Shown piece by piece: positions 9,390-18,908 of a DNA stretch of 64,000 bases; the first letter of the stretch is position 1, and each line of letters opens with the position of its first letter. Source of the DNA: an uncultured bacterium (lineage in GTDB: Bacteria > Patescibacteriota > Minisyncoccia > Moranbacterales > UBA2206); contig CAIZXS010000001.1 of NCBI GenBank assembly GCA_903937035.1, forward strand, positions 3,247 through 67,246, given 5' to 3'. Position numbers and translations under genes: made by a program. The notes beneath the pieces are model-generated. The model was not told the DNA's origin. It did no database searches and saw only the letters and a list, made by a program, of their open reading frames with translations.

Positions 9390-9527
9390 AGTTTGCCATT
9401 TTCCGTTCAGGTAAATTTTTGACGTTCGACTTTTTCAGCATCTTAGTCTTTGATAGACCGGTAGAAAAATAACCAAAACTAGTAAGCAGCGCTATAAAGA
9501 ATGCACTTGAACGGAAAATGGCAAACT
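9390..9527. repeat. perfect 20-bp inverted repeat flanking ~98 bp (AGTTTGCCATTTTCCGTTCA ... TGAACGGAAAATGGCAAACT)
   Basis: Exact reverse-complement arms at 9390-9409 and 9508-9527, in the intergenic region between two minus-strand genes. Confidence 0.6.
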
Positions 9528-9535
9528 ACACTTTC

Positions 9536-10090
9536 TTAGCTTCGGGTTAAAAAATAAAAAACCACACTCAAGATTAATAACAATCCCACTGGCACAACCA
9601 CTTTTTGAAAAGGAAAATGGACTTTATTATTATTTTTTTTCTTGAGATGAAAATGCCACATTCCGCCAAAAAAGAAAACGACACTACCAAAAATTATGCC
9701 CAAGAGCAGCTTATCCACGCCCCAAAAGCTGTGATAAGACTGACCCATGAGACCCGCAAAATAGAGCGGGACAATCATGAGCAGATAATAGCCAGCATAC
9801 ACCGCCAACGTCTCTCCCTTGAATGTAATTTTTTTCTTTTTCAGCCACTCAATTGTCCAAGCAGACAGTCCCACGAGAAGCGCTCCAACCCAAAGACCAG
9901 TCACGGTGTCATCAATCCCCAGATATTGAGAAAGCTCAAGTCCCGCTCCAACCGCTACCACACAAACAGGGCAAAATGCTCCGACCGGCAAAGCACTAAA
10001 AAGCAAGCCGAAAAAAGAGAATAGATAAATAAACTTCTTAAGATACTTATTATGCGCCATTTTTATCTTTGAAAAAATTAATGATCTCAT
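9536..10090 (-). CDS. polytopic membrane protein with an N-terminal CxxC (CPVC) motif
   Basis: Four or five predicted TM helices with CPVC at the start of the first helix. Adjacent to, and overlapping, a thioredoxin-fold CxxC lipoprotein gene. Confidence 0.5.
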   Translation of the reverse strand: MRSLIFSKIKMAHNKYLKKFIYLFSFFGLLFSALPVGAFCPVCVVAVGAGLELSQYLGIDDTVTGLWVGALLVGLSAWTIEWLKKKKITFKGETLAVYAGYYLLMIVPLYFAGLMGQSYHSFWGVDKLLLGIIFGSVVFFFGGMWHFHLKKKNNNKVHFPFQKVVVPVGLLLILSVVFYFLTRS

Positions 10091-10412
10091 CTTGACCTAA
10101 GTAGCATTTTTCTGCTGTCCATAGGAATGGCACAGCTCCAACAGAAGCTTTGTCTATCTTGCAATTCTGCTGTCTCTTTACCATCATACTAGCATTGGCC
10201 TTATCATGATTTACTTCTCGCTCAGAAAAAATCACTTTCGCTTTGACATTGTTATCCGCGATATATTTTTCTACCACCTTGCAGTGCGGACATTCTTCAC
10301 CATAAAACAAGATAATTGCAGAATCATCAGGCGCAGCTGACTGCTGACTTCCGCAACCACTAAAAACAAAAATTCCCAAAAATAAAAAAACACCTAAAAT
10401 AATTTTTCTCAT
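10050..10412 (-). CDS. thioredoxin/glutaredoxin-like lipoprotein (CPHC)
   Basis: Lipobox FSGC, then a thioredoxin-fold signature YGEECPHCKVVEKYI. Confidence 0.6.
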   Translation of the reverse strand: MRKIILGVFLFLGIFVFSGCGSQQSAAPDDSAIILFYGEECPHCKVVEKYIADNNVKAKVIFSEREVNHDKANASMMVKRQQNCKIDKASVGAVPFLWTAEKCYLGQDEIINFFKDKNGA

Positions 10413-10554
10413 AAAAGTTCCTCTAGGCCAATTAACTCCTACCTTAATAAATTATACCAGCAGCCAGATTATCCTGCAAACTTTCAATTAAACACAAAAA
10501 AAATAGCCCCGATTGCTCGGGACTACTTTTTTATCCACTAAGGGAAAAGAAATA

Positions 10555-10878
10555 CTAGTATCTCTTTGCTCCGCGGAAACCACCGTCATTGCCACCTGGC
10601 TTTCGGAAACCACCAGTTCTTGGTCTTTCCTCCATTGGGCGAGCTTCGTTAACAGTCAAAGTTCTTCCTTCGAACTCTTTTCCGTCAAACATTTCGACAG
10701 CTTTCCCAGCTTCTTCATCAGAAGACATTTCAACAAAACCGAAACCTTTTGAACGACCAGACATTTTATCAGTGATGATAATTGCTGATGTAACGGCTCC
10801 AGCTTGAGAAAAATAATCCTTCAAGCCTTCTTGTGTTGTACTGTAGGAAAGTCCTCCTACGTATAATTTTTGTGCCAT
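10555..10878 (-). CDS. RNA-binding protein with RRM domain and glycine-rich tail
   Basis: RNP-2 (LYVGGL) and RNP-1 (KGFGFVEM) motifs, then a GG/R-rich tail. Confidence 0.85.
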   Translation of the reverse strand: MAQKLYVGGLSYSTTQEGLKDYFSQAGAVTSAIIITDKMSGRSKGFGFVEMSSDEEAGKAVEMFDGKEFEGRTLTVNEARPMEERPRTGGFRKPGGNDGGFRGAKRY

Positions 10879-11159
10879 GTTTTTTGCCTTATACTTAATT
10901 ATCTTGCAAGCCGACCTTCTCTTTTAGCTTACTTCTCTTTGAAACTAACGTTTCAAGATCTTTTTCCTTAGATTCACATATAAGGCAAAACCTGCTGAGA
11001 AAACTTACAATAGAACTAGTATACACCAGAATGAGAAAAAAATCAAGTGACTAGAGCCTTTGGAGCGCGCTTAGTACTTTTGGCTCTAAAGGCTGATAAA
11101 TTGCATCTTTTAAAAAACAATTCGAATATTGTACGACTTGTGCATTTGCCAAAGAAAAG

Positions 11160-11777
11160 TTAATTTTTTTCAATCCAGCTCCCGAAAACCTCCAAAAAAC
11201 CTTTGAAATTTTCCTGCTCTATCACCCATAACTCTTTCTCATCAAATTCCAGATAGGATTTCCCTCCCTTAACTGGAGACATGATTGCTGACATCGGATA
11301 ACCAGTCGTCTTTCTTTTGGAAAATTTCTCCACCGCATAGGAAACTTGCCTGACGAGACAAGAACCCTTAGCTGAATTTTCGGGATTAAAAAAAGCAGCG
11401 GCAAAATTCCAGATAAATTCTTTGTTCTTTTGAGGATATTGCGCATATATTTTTTTCCAAACATCAATCACCTCCCGATCAGTTAATTCTTTTTTGTTCC
11501 CACCAAATCTGCGCACATACACTCCAGGTTGTTCATTCTCTGGCAAAAAATTAGTCGTCACAGCTTCATCAATTGCCAGTGTTATTTTCCCCGACATCTT
11601 TCCATAAGCAACCGCCTTATGCATTGCATTTTCACTGTTCGTTTCAAAAATCTCATCCACTTTTTCTGTAATTCCCAAATTCAAAAGCGACACTGCGCGA
11701 ATTCCAGCGATACCTTCAATCAGTCGTTTATACCTCCCCAATTTTGCCAAATTATGTGTGGCGATTAATATCTCCAT
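11160..11777 (-). CDS. non-canonical purine NTP pyrophosphatase (Ham1/RdgB family)
   Basis: Collinear similarity to RdgB: ILIATHNLAKL (cf. VLATGNVGK), TLAIDEAV (cf. AIADDSGL), GYPMSAIMSPVKGGKSY (cf. GFGYDPIFFVPSEGKT). Confidence 0.55.
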   Translation of the reverse strand: MEILIATHNLAKLGRYKRLIEGIAGIRAVSLLNLGITEKVDEIFETNSENAMHKAVAYGKMSGKITLAIDEAVTTNFLPENEQPGVYVRRFGGNKKELTDREVIDVWKKIYAQYPQKNKEFIWNFAAAFFNPENSAKGSCLVRQVSYAVEKFSKRKTTGYPMSAIMSPVKGGKSYLEFDEKELWVIEQENFKGFLEVFGSWIEKN

Positions 11778-11926
11778 ATAAAATAATATTATTCTTTGCT
11801 TAGCTTAAATTAACACAATCAAAGCTCAAAATCAATTTTGTGATTTTCTAAATTTTGCAAAATAAAGCCCCGCCAATCCTCATAGGATAACGGGGCGCCC
11901 TGAAATATCAGTCAACCTAAATAATT

Positions 11927-12196
11927 TTAGCAACTACAAGTTGCTTGCCGCTCAATATTCTCGAGAGCTGGAACAAAATACTGATATTCCCTGTCTTGTT
12001 GGTTAATACCACTCTCTCGCTCGGCGTCTCGCAAGGCAGCGATTACTACTGCGGATATTTCTGGTGGAATTTCTTTTTCCGCCGTTGCATACGCCCGAGT
12101 GATAGTTTCGATATTATGCTTAGTCGGACTACTCTTGAGCAGAACAACTACTCTGTCATGACGTATCTTCACGTCACCAAACTTTTTGTGCGACAT
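11927..12196 (-). CDS. hypothetical small protein
   Basis: 89-aa ORF with its own upstream spacing and no recognisable domain. Confidence 0.35.
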   Translation of the reverse strand: MSHKKFGDVKIRHDRVVVLLKSSPTKHNIETITRAYATAEKEIPPEISAVVIAALRDAERESGINQQDREYQYFVPALENIERQATCSC

Positions 12197-12344
12197 CCCC
12201 CGTCCTCCCCTTTAATAATTTAAAAAAATCAAAAAAACAGACTAACTTGAAACCATTCGGCCATTGACCTGTGTGGTCGCTGGACACCAAAGAACTAAAA
12301 AAATATTTTAGCACCGGATCTTGTCCTGGTCAAGTTTACTGACC

Positions 12345-12386
12345 TCAAAAAAAACACTCCGCCAAAATAGCGGAGTGTTTTCAAGT
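12345..12386 (-). terminator. rho-independent terminator downstream of rplY
   Basis: 9-bp stem ACACTCCGC/GCGGAGTGT with loop CAAAATA; on the minus strand it is followed by a T8 run. Confidence 0.65.
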
Positions 12387-12400
12387 AGGCAAACTGATTT

Positions 12401-13081
12401 CTATTTTCCTTTTTTTTCTTCTTTCTTTTCAGTTCCCACGACTGGTGCAGTTTCCTTGACCACACCTTCAATCTTAGTTACATCAGCATCTACCTTCGTG
12501 TCTAGTCCAGACATCTCATCATCTGATCTTGGTTCAGAAACTAAAGCAATAACAGTTTCAAGGTCGATGCTAAGTTCAATTTTCTTAGAAATATTAAGGT
12601 CTCCCAGGGTGATGCGATCATCAAAAGTCTTAAGACTTGAGATGTCCACGGTGATGCTGGATGGCAAATCAGCAGGAAGACACTTAACTTCAATAGCATC
12701 AATATTTTTCACCAGCACTCCGCCCAGTTCTTTCACGGCTGGTGCTTCTCCAATATATTCCAATTCCACTTCTGTTTCAATTTCCTCATCCATTCTCACC
12801 TGGAAAAAGTCAATGTGCACATATGTATCTCGCACTGGGTCCTTTTGTGTATCGTAAATAAGCACATTGCGATTATCCTTCTCATCAATCTTGAGATCAA
12901 TCACGGTGCTCTCTCCAGACTTCTTAATCAAACGCTTGAAGTCAAGTAGTTTTACCCAGATATTTGTACCGGAAATTCCCTTACCATAAACCACAGCCGG
13001 GATAAGACCTTCTTTGCGGCCTTTATTAGTCTTACGCCCAAGCACATCCCTCTTTTTTGCTTCTAAAATTACTTTATCCAT
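12401..13081 (-). CDS. rplY: 50S ribosomal protein L25 / general stress protein Ctc
   Basis: N-terminal MDKVILEAKKRDVLGRKTNKGRKEGLIPAVVYGKG is the canonical L25 start, with a Ctc-type extended acidic C-terminus. The ATG at 13081 is preferred over the TTG at 13099. Confidence 0.85.
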   Translation of the reverse strand: MDKVILEAKKRDVLGRKTNKGRKEGLIPAVVYGKGISGTNIWVKLLDFKRLIKKSGESTVIDLKIDEKDNRNVLIYDTQKDPVRDTYVHIDFFQVRMDEEIETEVELEYIGEAPAVKELGGVLVKNIDAIEVKCLPADLPSSITVDISSLKTFDDRITLGDLNISKKIELSIDLETVIALVSEPRSDDEMSGLDTKVDADVTKIEGVVKETAPVVGTEKKEEKKGK

Positions 13082-13270
13082 GTTTTTCGCTCTACCCACC
13101 CCCGAAGTGTTTCGGAGCCTCTCAAGCGGATTAATTTATTAAAACTATGCCCATTTCGACATTGGACCAGTTTAGCACAAAAATTGATTTCGTCAAACAT
13201 TCCGCCCTATTTTCTTTTCCTGCCTTTTCACGTACAATAAGATACAGTTAATAATTCACATAACAAAAAT

Positions 13271-13600
13271 ATGGAAAATGAACCAGTAGCTAAAAATCAA
13301 ATACAAAGCGCTCCAGTAAGCGAAGTAATTACTCCAGAAACTAAAAAGAAAGTATCTCCTTGGGTGTGGGCTATTGGAGGATGCCTCTTAATTGTGTTTC
13401 TTTTTATGATTGTAATGGGCGCCTTGGGTTGGTGGGGATACAAGGCTGCCAAAAGAGAACTTAGGAAACAAACTCCGGCAATGAAAGAATTCCAGCAAAA
13501 GATGGAAAAAGCGAACAAAGAATCTGATGAGTGGGAAGAAGAATCAAGAAGCACTCGCAATTCAATGCCAGATGAGACAGCTCTGCCGGAGTTAAAATAG
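13271..13600 (+). CDS. small single-pass membrane protein
   Basis: TM segment WVWAIGGCLLIVFLFMIVMGALGWWGY, then a charged tail; followed by a hairpin and T-run. Confidence 0.45.
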   Translation: MENEPVAKNQIQSAPVSEVITPETKKKVSPWVWAIGGCLLIVFLFMIVMGALGWWGYKAAKRELRKQTPAMKEFQQKMEKANKESDEWEEESRSTRNSMPDETALPELK

Positions 13601-13684
13601 CCACACATTTCCAGCTATGAACTAAACGCCTCTTCTATTAATAGTAAGAGACGTTTTTTAATCAGAAAATACAAACCGTCAAAA

Positions 13685-14974
13685 TCATTCTAAAAGATTC
13701 CCGTACTGTTTTTTTAATTCCTCGAATTGCCGCATCTCATCTCCAGCTAATGGCTCGCCTTTAGGCATATCCATTTTTAAAGGATTGACTGGCACACCAT
13801 TCAATTTAATCCCATAATCCAGATGTGGCCCAGTCGACCAACCGGTAGACCCAACATAGCCGATTAATTGCCCCTGGCCGACTCTTGCCCCGGAACGCAA
13901 CCCCTTAGCGAAAGCGCTAAGATGACCAAAGTGAGTAGTGTAGCCATTGTCATTTTCAAGTCGAACCATGTTCCCCCAGCCCCCCGACCAGGAAGCGCTA
14001 ATGACTGTTCCGCCGGCTGAAGCTACAACTGGCGTTCCAGCAGGCGCTGCATAATCAATCTGATAATGCGCGCTAACTTTACGCGTAATCGGATGCCTCC
14101 GTGCACCAGTAAAGCCGGATGAGATGTGTCGATAACTCAAAGGGGCCTTCAAAAACTGCCGCTCCAATACTCTTCCATCCGCATCATAATATCCACTATT
14201 ACCAGCATTGTCGAAATAATAAGCGAAATAATCCGTGCCGACATTTGTAAACTTAGCCGCTAGAATATTTCCATCTGACGCCTTTTCTCCATCACGCGTT
14301 CGCTTTTCATAGATAATTGAAAAACTATCGCCCGTCTGGATCTCGGTGGTAAAGTCAACATCAAAGGAAAAAATGTCCCCCACCTCTAGGACCGTACTTT
14401 CCGAAAGTCCTGACTCCAATGCATCAGCGTAGAAAAAATTGTTAATCGTTCCCTTGGCAGTCTCCTTTGAAATATTATAATTAATTTTCTCCTCTCGCAC
14501 CATAAAGTCATCCCCGGCGCGCTCAACAATAATCACTCGCTCAGTATCACGATCATATTCAATGCGCGTAGCACGCACTTCATTTTCAAAATAAAATCGG
14601 ATGCTCCGTCCAATTTTTAGATTGGTAAAATCATACGCATCTTTCGAAGCAGCTAATAGCACAACTGTATCATTAGCATCCAGCTTTCCTTGCGAGCTAA
14701 AAATATCTGCCGGAATATCACCAGCTGAAATAGTATAGTTTAAAATCTGAGAATATTTAGCATTGGGGTCAGGAACGGTTTCTATGCTTTGTTTTTGAGC
14801 AAGAGGAATCTCCGTAACCCGCCTTTGCCCAAACATCCCCTTAATCCAGAAAAATCCCTTAAAAAGAAAGAAGGCCAGCAGAAGAAAAAATAGCCAATGA
14901 ACAAGCCTTCTTTCGGGCCGATTTTTCTTCGGTTCAACCGCGTCTTTCCGCTGATAGCTATAAATCTGGTTCAT
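13685..14974 (-). CDS. M23 family metallopeptidase (LytM-like) with N-terminal membrane anchor
   Basis: C-terminal M23 motifs HxxxD and HxH (GYTTHFGHL...GSTGWSTGPHLDYGI) with an N-terminal TM helix. Confidence 0.8.
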   Translation of the reverse strand: MNQIYSYQRKDAVEPKKNRPERRLVHWLFFLLLAFFLFKGFFWIKGMFGQRRVTEIPLAQKQSIETVPDPNAKYSQILNYTISAGDIPADIFSSQGKLDANDTVVLLAASKDAYDFTNLKIGRSIRFYFENEVRATRIEYDRDTERVIIVERAGDDFMVREEKINYNISKETAKGTINNFFYADALESGLSESTVLEVGDIFSFDVDFTTEIQTGDSFSIIYEKRTRDGEKASDGNILAAKFTNVGTDYFAYYFDNAGNSGYYDADGRVLERQFLKAPLSYRHISSGFTGARRHPITRKVSAHYQIDYAAPAGTPVVASAGGTVISASWSGGWGNMVRLENDNGYTTHFGHLSAFAKGLRSGARVGQGQLIGYVGSTGWSTGPHLDYGIKLNGVPVNPLKMDMPKGEPLAGDEMRQFEELKKQYGNLLE

Positions 14975-15158
14975 ATGGATAGTCTCCTAGTAAAAATCAC
15001 ACCAGTCTATTGTAGCATAAATATGGGACTATTGATTTATTTCAAATACCTGCTAGAATTACTTTGTTTTGCAAAATTGTATTTTTAAGCCAAACTGTCC
15101 TGCGACAGCCTCAGCCCAAGGCTAATCCCCCTACTAGGGCAAACAATGGTTCTTAAAA

Positions 15159-15186
15159 TTAGACTAACAATTTCTTGTTAGTCTAA
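15159..15186. repeat. perfect 12-bp stem hairpin (TTAGACTAACAA-TTTC-TTGTTAGTCTAA) 18 nt upstream of tRNA-Asn
   Basis: Exact palindrome read directly from the sequence; no flanking T-run. Confidence 0.5.
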
Positions 15187-15203
15187 CATTAAAAATCAAA
15201 TAT

Positions 15204-15275
15204 TCCGCGATAGCTCAATGGTAGAGCAGTTGACTGTTAATCAATTGGTTCCAGGTTCGAGTCCTGGTCGCGGAG
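15204..15275 (+). tRNA. tRNA-Asn (anticodon GTT)
   Basis: Cloverleaf with acceptor stem TCCGCGA/TCGCGGA, D-arm TAGCTCAATGGTAGAGCA, anticodon loop CTGTTAA and T-arm GGTTCGAGTCC. CCA is not encoded. Confidence 0.85.
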
Positions 15276-15283
15276 CATCATTT

Positions 15284-15312
15284 TCAAGGCCTATTTAAGC
15301 CTTGATTTTTTA
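15284..15312 (+). terminator. rho-independent terminator after tRNA-Asn
   Basis: Stem TCAAGGC/GCCTTGA followed by ATTTTTTAT. Confidence 0.55.
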
Positions 15313-15423
15313 TACCCGAACAGGAATATTTGAAAGCAAAAATATATATGCAAAAACAAACAATCCCCCTAAAACCATGCTATACTTGTTTAGCGTATAA
15401 TTTTTAAAACATTAAAAAGCCAA

Positions 15424-16893
15424 ATGAAAAAAATAATCATCGCAGTCATCCTTATAATTCTTTTAGCGACTGGCACTCTATATCTAATCAATAAGCGCAA
15501 CGTAAATCCAGCAAAAAAAGTACCTCAAAAGCAAGTAGTTCTAGAAAAAACGTATAACCTCTCTAAGGAATATGTGTCATTACGCTATAGAACTGATGAA
15601 GTTCTGAGCAGCGCCAAGAATTATTCGGACTACACAACTTGGAATAATGAGATGAGCGCAGTAGTGCAAAAATGGGAAGCATTGGAAAAAGAAGCACTGA
15701 TCTTGGAAAAGTCAGCTGAAATCATGGCTCAGGAGAAAGTTAGCTTTAATCTAGTGCCTCAAGCGATGGCCTATGATAAAAAAGAAATTTCTGATATTTT
15801 TGACAACGCCCCCGCTGGAAAAAAAATTGCTACGCTTGCCAAACATCTTGGCGTAGATGCTAAAAGAGCCTTCAAAATTCTTCAACAAGACCAAGCTCAA
15901 GTGGAAGCTGATGGATGGAATGAAGCGGGAGACACTTTTCAGAAATTAGAAACTTCCGCCACAATCATTAAAGATGGTTGCAAGGTGGCAGGATTCGTCG
16001 GCGGCATTGCAGTGACCGGCGGAACTTCAGCCTTAGCGGCCGGATCAAGTTTGGCTAAAGCTGCTGTGATAATTTCAGGAGCGGACCTGACGCTCGAAAT
16101 CACAGATGATGGAGCAAAAATAGCTCTCGGAAATCACAATAAAATATCCGCTATCGTGGGTGATGCTCGCAAGGTGACCGAGCCACTCGCAACAATTCTA
16201 ACCATCGCCAATATTCCTGATAATCTAGCTAATAATATGGATAAATTCAATGCCGCAATAGTGGCGCTGGATCAATTCAATAGCGCAGCTCAAGATGGAA
16301 AAATCATAGGAATCACACTTCCTGCCTACACAAAAGATCAACCGACACAACCAACCAGAGTCGCTGTCATGCAAAAAGCTGAAATTGAAAAATGGCTAAC
16401 TGATCAAGGCATAAAAAACAAAACAGAGAAAATTGAGGATATCGAAAAAATACTGAACATCCTAAAGAAAGAAGGAGACGCGAAAACTGCCACCAAAGAA
16501 GCTGGCACAATAGCTGAACCGGAAACGACTGATGCAGCCCAAGCACATAGCGCAACTGTCGGAATTTGGGATGGCACAATAACTCATACATCCAGTCAAA
16601 CAGCCAAGGAAGAAAAAAATTCGATTGCCTTCAGCTTGAATCCGGACGGAACTGTCACAACTACTAGTGAGCTAGGAACATTTGTTTCATGGGAACAAAA
16701 AGGAACTACTATAATCTTGCATGCAGAGGCAGAACAGAAAGATGGTCAGTATGAGTTTTCCCTATCCGGGGATACCATGACTTTTGTCAAATTATCCGGA
16801 TTTGATGATGAAGGAGTTTGGCAGGAAATTTTTGCCGGAGATGATTTTTTTGGCGGAAAGTTTCTGAAAATTGAATTGAAAAAACAATACTAA
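15424..16893 (+). CDS. membrane-anchored hypothetical protein (489 aa)
   Basis: N-terminal TM helix, a coiled/Ala-Gly-rich middle region and a C-terminal beta-rich domain; no family recognised. Confidence 0.5.
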   Translation: MKKIIIAVILIILLATGTLYLINKRNVNPAKKVPQKQVVLEKTYNLSKEYVSLRYRTDEVLSSAKNYSDYTTWNNEMSAVVQKWEALEKEALILEKSAEIMAQEKVSFNLVPQAMAYDKKEISDIFDNAPAGKKIATLAKHLGVDAKRAFKILQQDQAQVEADGWNEAGDTFQKLETSATIIKDGCKVAGFVGGIAVTGGTSALAAGSSLAKAAVIISGADLTLEITDDGAKIALGNHNKISAIVGDARKVTEPLATILTIANIPDNLANNMDKFNAAIVALDQFNSAAQDGKIIGITLPAYTKDQPTQPTRVAVMQKAEIEKWLTDQGIKNKTEKIEDIEKILNILKKEGDAKTATKEAGTIAEPETTDAAQAHSATVGIWDGTITHTSSQTAKEEKNSIAFSLNPDGTVTTTSELGTFVSWEQKGTTIILHAEAEQKDGQYEFSLSGDTMTFVKLSGFDDEGVWQEIFAGDDFFGGKFLKIELKKQY

Positions 16894-17406
16894 TGAGGAC
16901 TACTAAAAAACACTTCTTGCCCTCTTTTAAGTTGAAATAGTCAACAAATCTAATCCCTGTAAGATTTTGGCTACATTCAAAACTCCGGACATATCTACCA
17001 GTGAAAACTAGTATTATAAGAGAGCCAAAATTTGGCTCTCTTATGTTATCATGTCGGTTCAAATATTTAAGTATTTCTTTTGATTCGTCCATCGTTCTTT
17101 GCAGCACTTGCGAATAATCTTGCCCGGAAACGATGTAACAGCCTACCGTAATTTTGTCGACCTCGTATCTCTTGGGATAAAAAAAGTTAAAGAAGCACTC
17201 CCCAACCCGTTCGAAAGGAAATTTTTCCCGAAGATGGGATTTTCAGAAAAGTCCTGGCTAGTATTGTAATCCTAGGCGGAACAATTTTGCTTGTTATTAA
17301 ATAAAACTATAAGTCGAGAATAGCTCTTGATTGCCTCAATCCATTTTTTATCAGATAATAATAGTAACGTGACCACTCGCGTTACTAAAAAGTTTAATCT
17401 AAAAAT

Positions 17407-18078
17407 ATGACACAAAAAGAAGCCTTGAAGGGTTTGCGAATTCTATATCCTATTTGGATAGTGGCAGGATTGTTTAGCCTTATGTATGTTCCGTCTAGGT
17501 TTATCACGGAAGATGCCGTTCAGACCGCAAATAATATCCTCGGCAATGAATTGCTTTTTAGATTTAGCATCGCCGGTAGTCTATTTTCTCAGTTGCTCTT
17601 CATCTTCGCAGTCATCTTACTCTATCATCTCTTCAAATCAGTTAGCCGGATATGCACAATGAACATGCTCATTTTTGCCCTTGTTTCCGTGCCGATTGCG
17701 ATGATCAGCACGCTTGGGCGGATTGCCGCGCTTGAGCTTGCTGGAAATAATAATGAGCTCATGCTGCTTTTTCTAAAGCTAAACGACCAGGGCATTATCA
17801 TTGCTTCAATATTTTGGGGCCTTTGGCTATTCCCGCTGGGAAACCTGATCAGGCAATCAGGCTATTTCCCAAAGTTCATTGCACCGGCCGTGATGTTTGG
17901 AGGAGTCGGCTATTTCTTCGGATCATTTGCTCAGCTAATCATGGCGAACCATGAAAAAATAATGCCGCTATTTGGAATATTAACTCTAGGAGAAATAGTC
18001 TTTATCTTCTGGCTCATCATCAAAGGAGCTAAGTTGCCTGAACGCGCGGAGGCTGGTGGCGGAAATGAGGAGAAATAA
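17407..18078 (+). CDS. polytopic membrane protein, hypothetical
   Basis: Five or six hydrophobic helices. Confidence 0.5.
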   Translation: MTQKEALKGLRILYPIWIVAGLFSLMYVPSRFITEDAVQTANNILGNELLFRFSIAGSLFSQLLFIFAVILLYHLFKSVSRICTMNMLIFALVSVPIAMISTLGRIAALELAGNNNELMLLFLKLNDQGIIIASIFWGLWLFPLGNLIRQSGYFPKFIAPAVMFGGVGYFFGSFAQLIMANHEKIMPLFGILTLGEIVFIFWLIIKGAKLPERAEAGGGNEEK

Positions 18079-18539
18079 AAAATATCTACAACACAATGGA
18101 AGCAGACAATGGAATCGAAGCGACTGGATTTGTGGGAGAATTGACCAAAGCAAAATTGGCCGAAAAAGTTAGATAGTTTGTTTTTGGAAAGCAGTTTGAA
18201 TTTTTTCTAGTTTGCGGAGCACAAAAAAACAAGAAGAGGCTAAATCGCCTCTTTTTATTTTGCCCCATTCCCCTCTTTTGCATCTCTAATTCAAATCTAG
18301 TAAGATTCAAACTTCCAAACGCGCTAGCTATCAAGAGCAAAGTTGAATCAAGGCTTTTTTAAAGCCTTTTTTCTATCTCTCGCACTTGACAACCTCTGCA
18401 TTACGTGCTAGGCTTTCTTATTAGTTCTTTCCAACTAAACATTGTACAAACTGATAGCAAAGTCATTAAAATTGTTAATCATTTTGCTGTCAGTTTGTGC
18501 AGTTTTCTTTAGCTAAACTCAAAATAGTGGGAGGGAAAG

Positions 18540-18776
18540 ATGAATTTTTCCAAGATTGGATTATTACTGCTGGATATGCTTGAATTTTTATTTAGCAGCA
18601 TATATGTCCCTAATAAGCTATATTGGGGACTGCCAGCGGCAGCTATAGTATCGTCCTTCTTTTTCTTTTTTTCATCCGAAGTTACGAAGTTGTTCTTGGG
18701 AAATCTAGGGGCGATTTTCCTTGCTATCTATGGCATTACAGTCCTAATAATAAGGGTTAGACATTTCGGACGATAA
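18540..18776 (+). CDS. small membrane protein, hypothetical
   Basis: 78-aa ORF with two hydrophobic segments, an upstream GGGAGGGAAAG Shine-Dalgarno sequence and a downstream hairpin with T8. Confidence 0.45.
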   Translation: MNFSKIGLLLLDMLEFLFSSIYVPNKLYWGLPAAAIVSSFFFFFSSEVTKLFLGNLGAIFLAIYGITVLIIRVRHFGR

Positions 18777-18908
18777 CATCCGAAATACAAGGAAAACGAA
18801 AAGTCAGTGGCGGAATATCGCGCTGACTTTTTTTTATTGACCTAAAATAAATCTGGATTTGTGATATACTTAATCTAGTAAGGATTAGTTTGAAAAATAA
18901 AAATATAC

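Noticed and set aside
12321-12857. 178-aa plus-strand ORF opposite rplY, and similar antisense ORFs elsewhere (25149..25817 inside purB, 35631..36062 and 37333..37791 inside the AdoK-SAHH gene, 26813..27318 inside nadV, 40896..41279 inside the surface protein gene).
   Set aside because: All overlap strongly supported genes on the opposite strand and have Ser/Leu-rich low-complexity composition typical of shadow frames.
16787-17107. 106-aa minus-strand ORF spanning the end of the 15424..16893 gene and the following intergenic region; also 18086..18340 (84 aa, minus).
   Set aside because: Overlaps a convincing plus-strand gene or sits in AT-rich spacer with low-complexity translation; no SD or domain support.
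16894-18539. Looked for tmRNA, RNase P RNA, SRP RNA or 6S signatures in the two ~500-bp spacers.
   Set aside because: None of the conserved cores (tmRNA tag reading frame with T-arm-like end, RNase P P4 GGAAAG...AGGGCA, SRP domain IV GGAAGCAGCCA) were found by eye. A covariance-model scan would be needed to exclude them.
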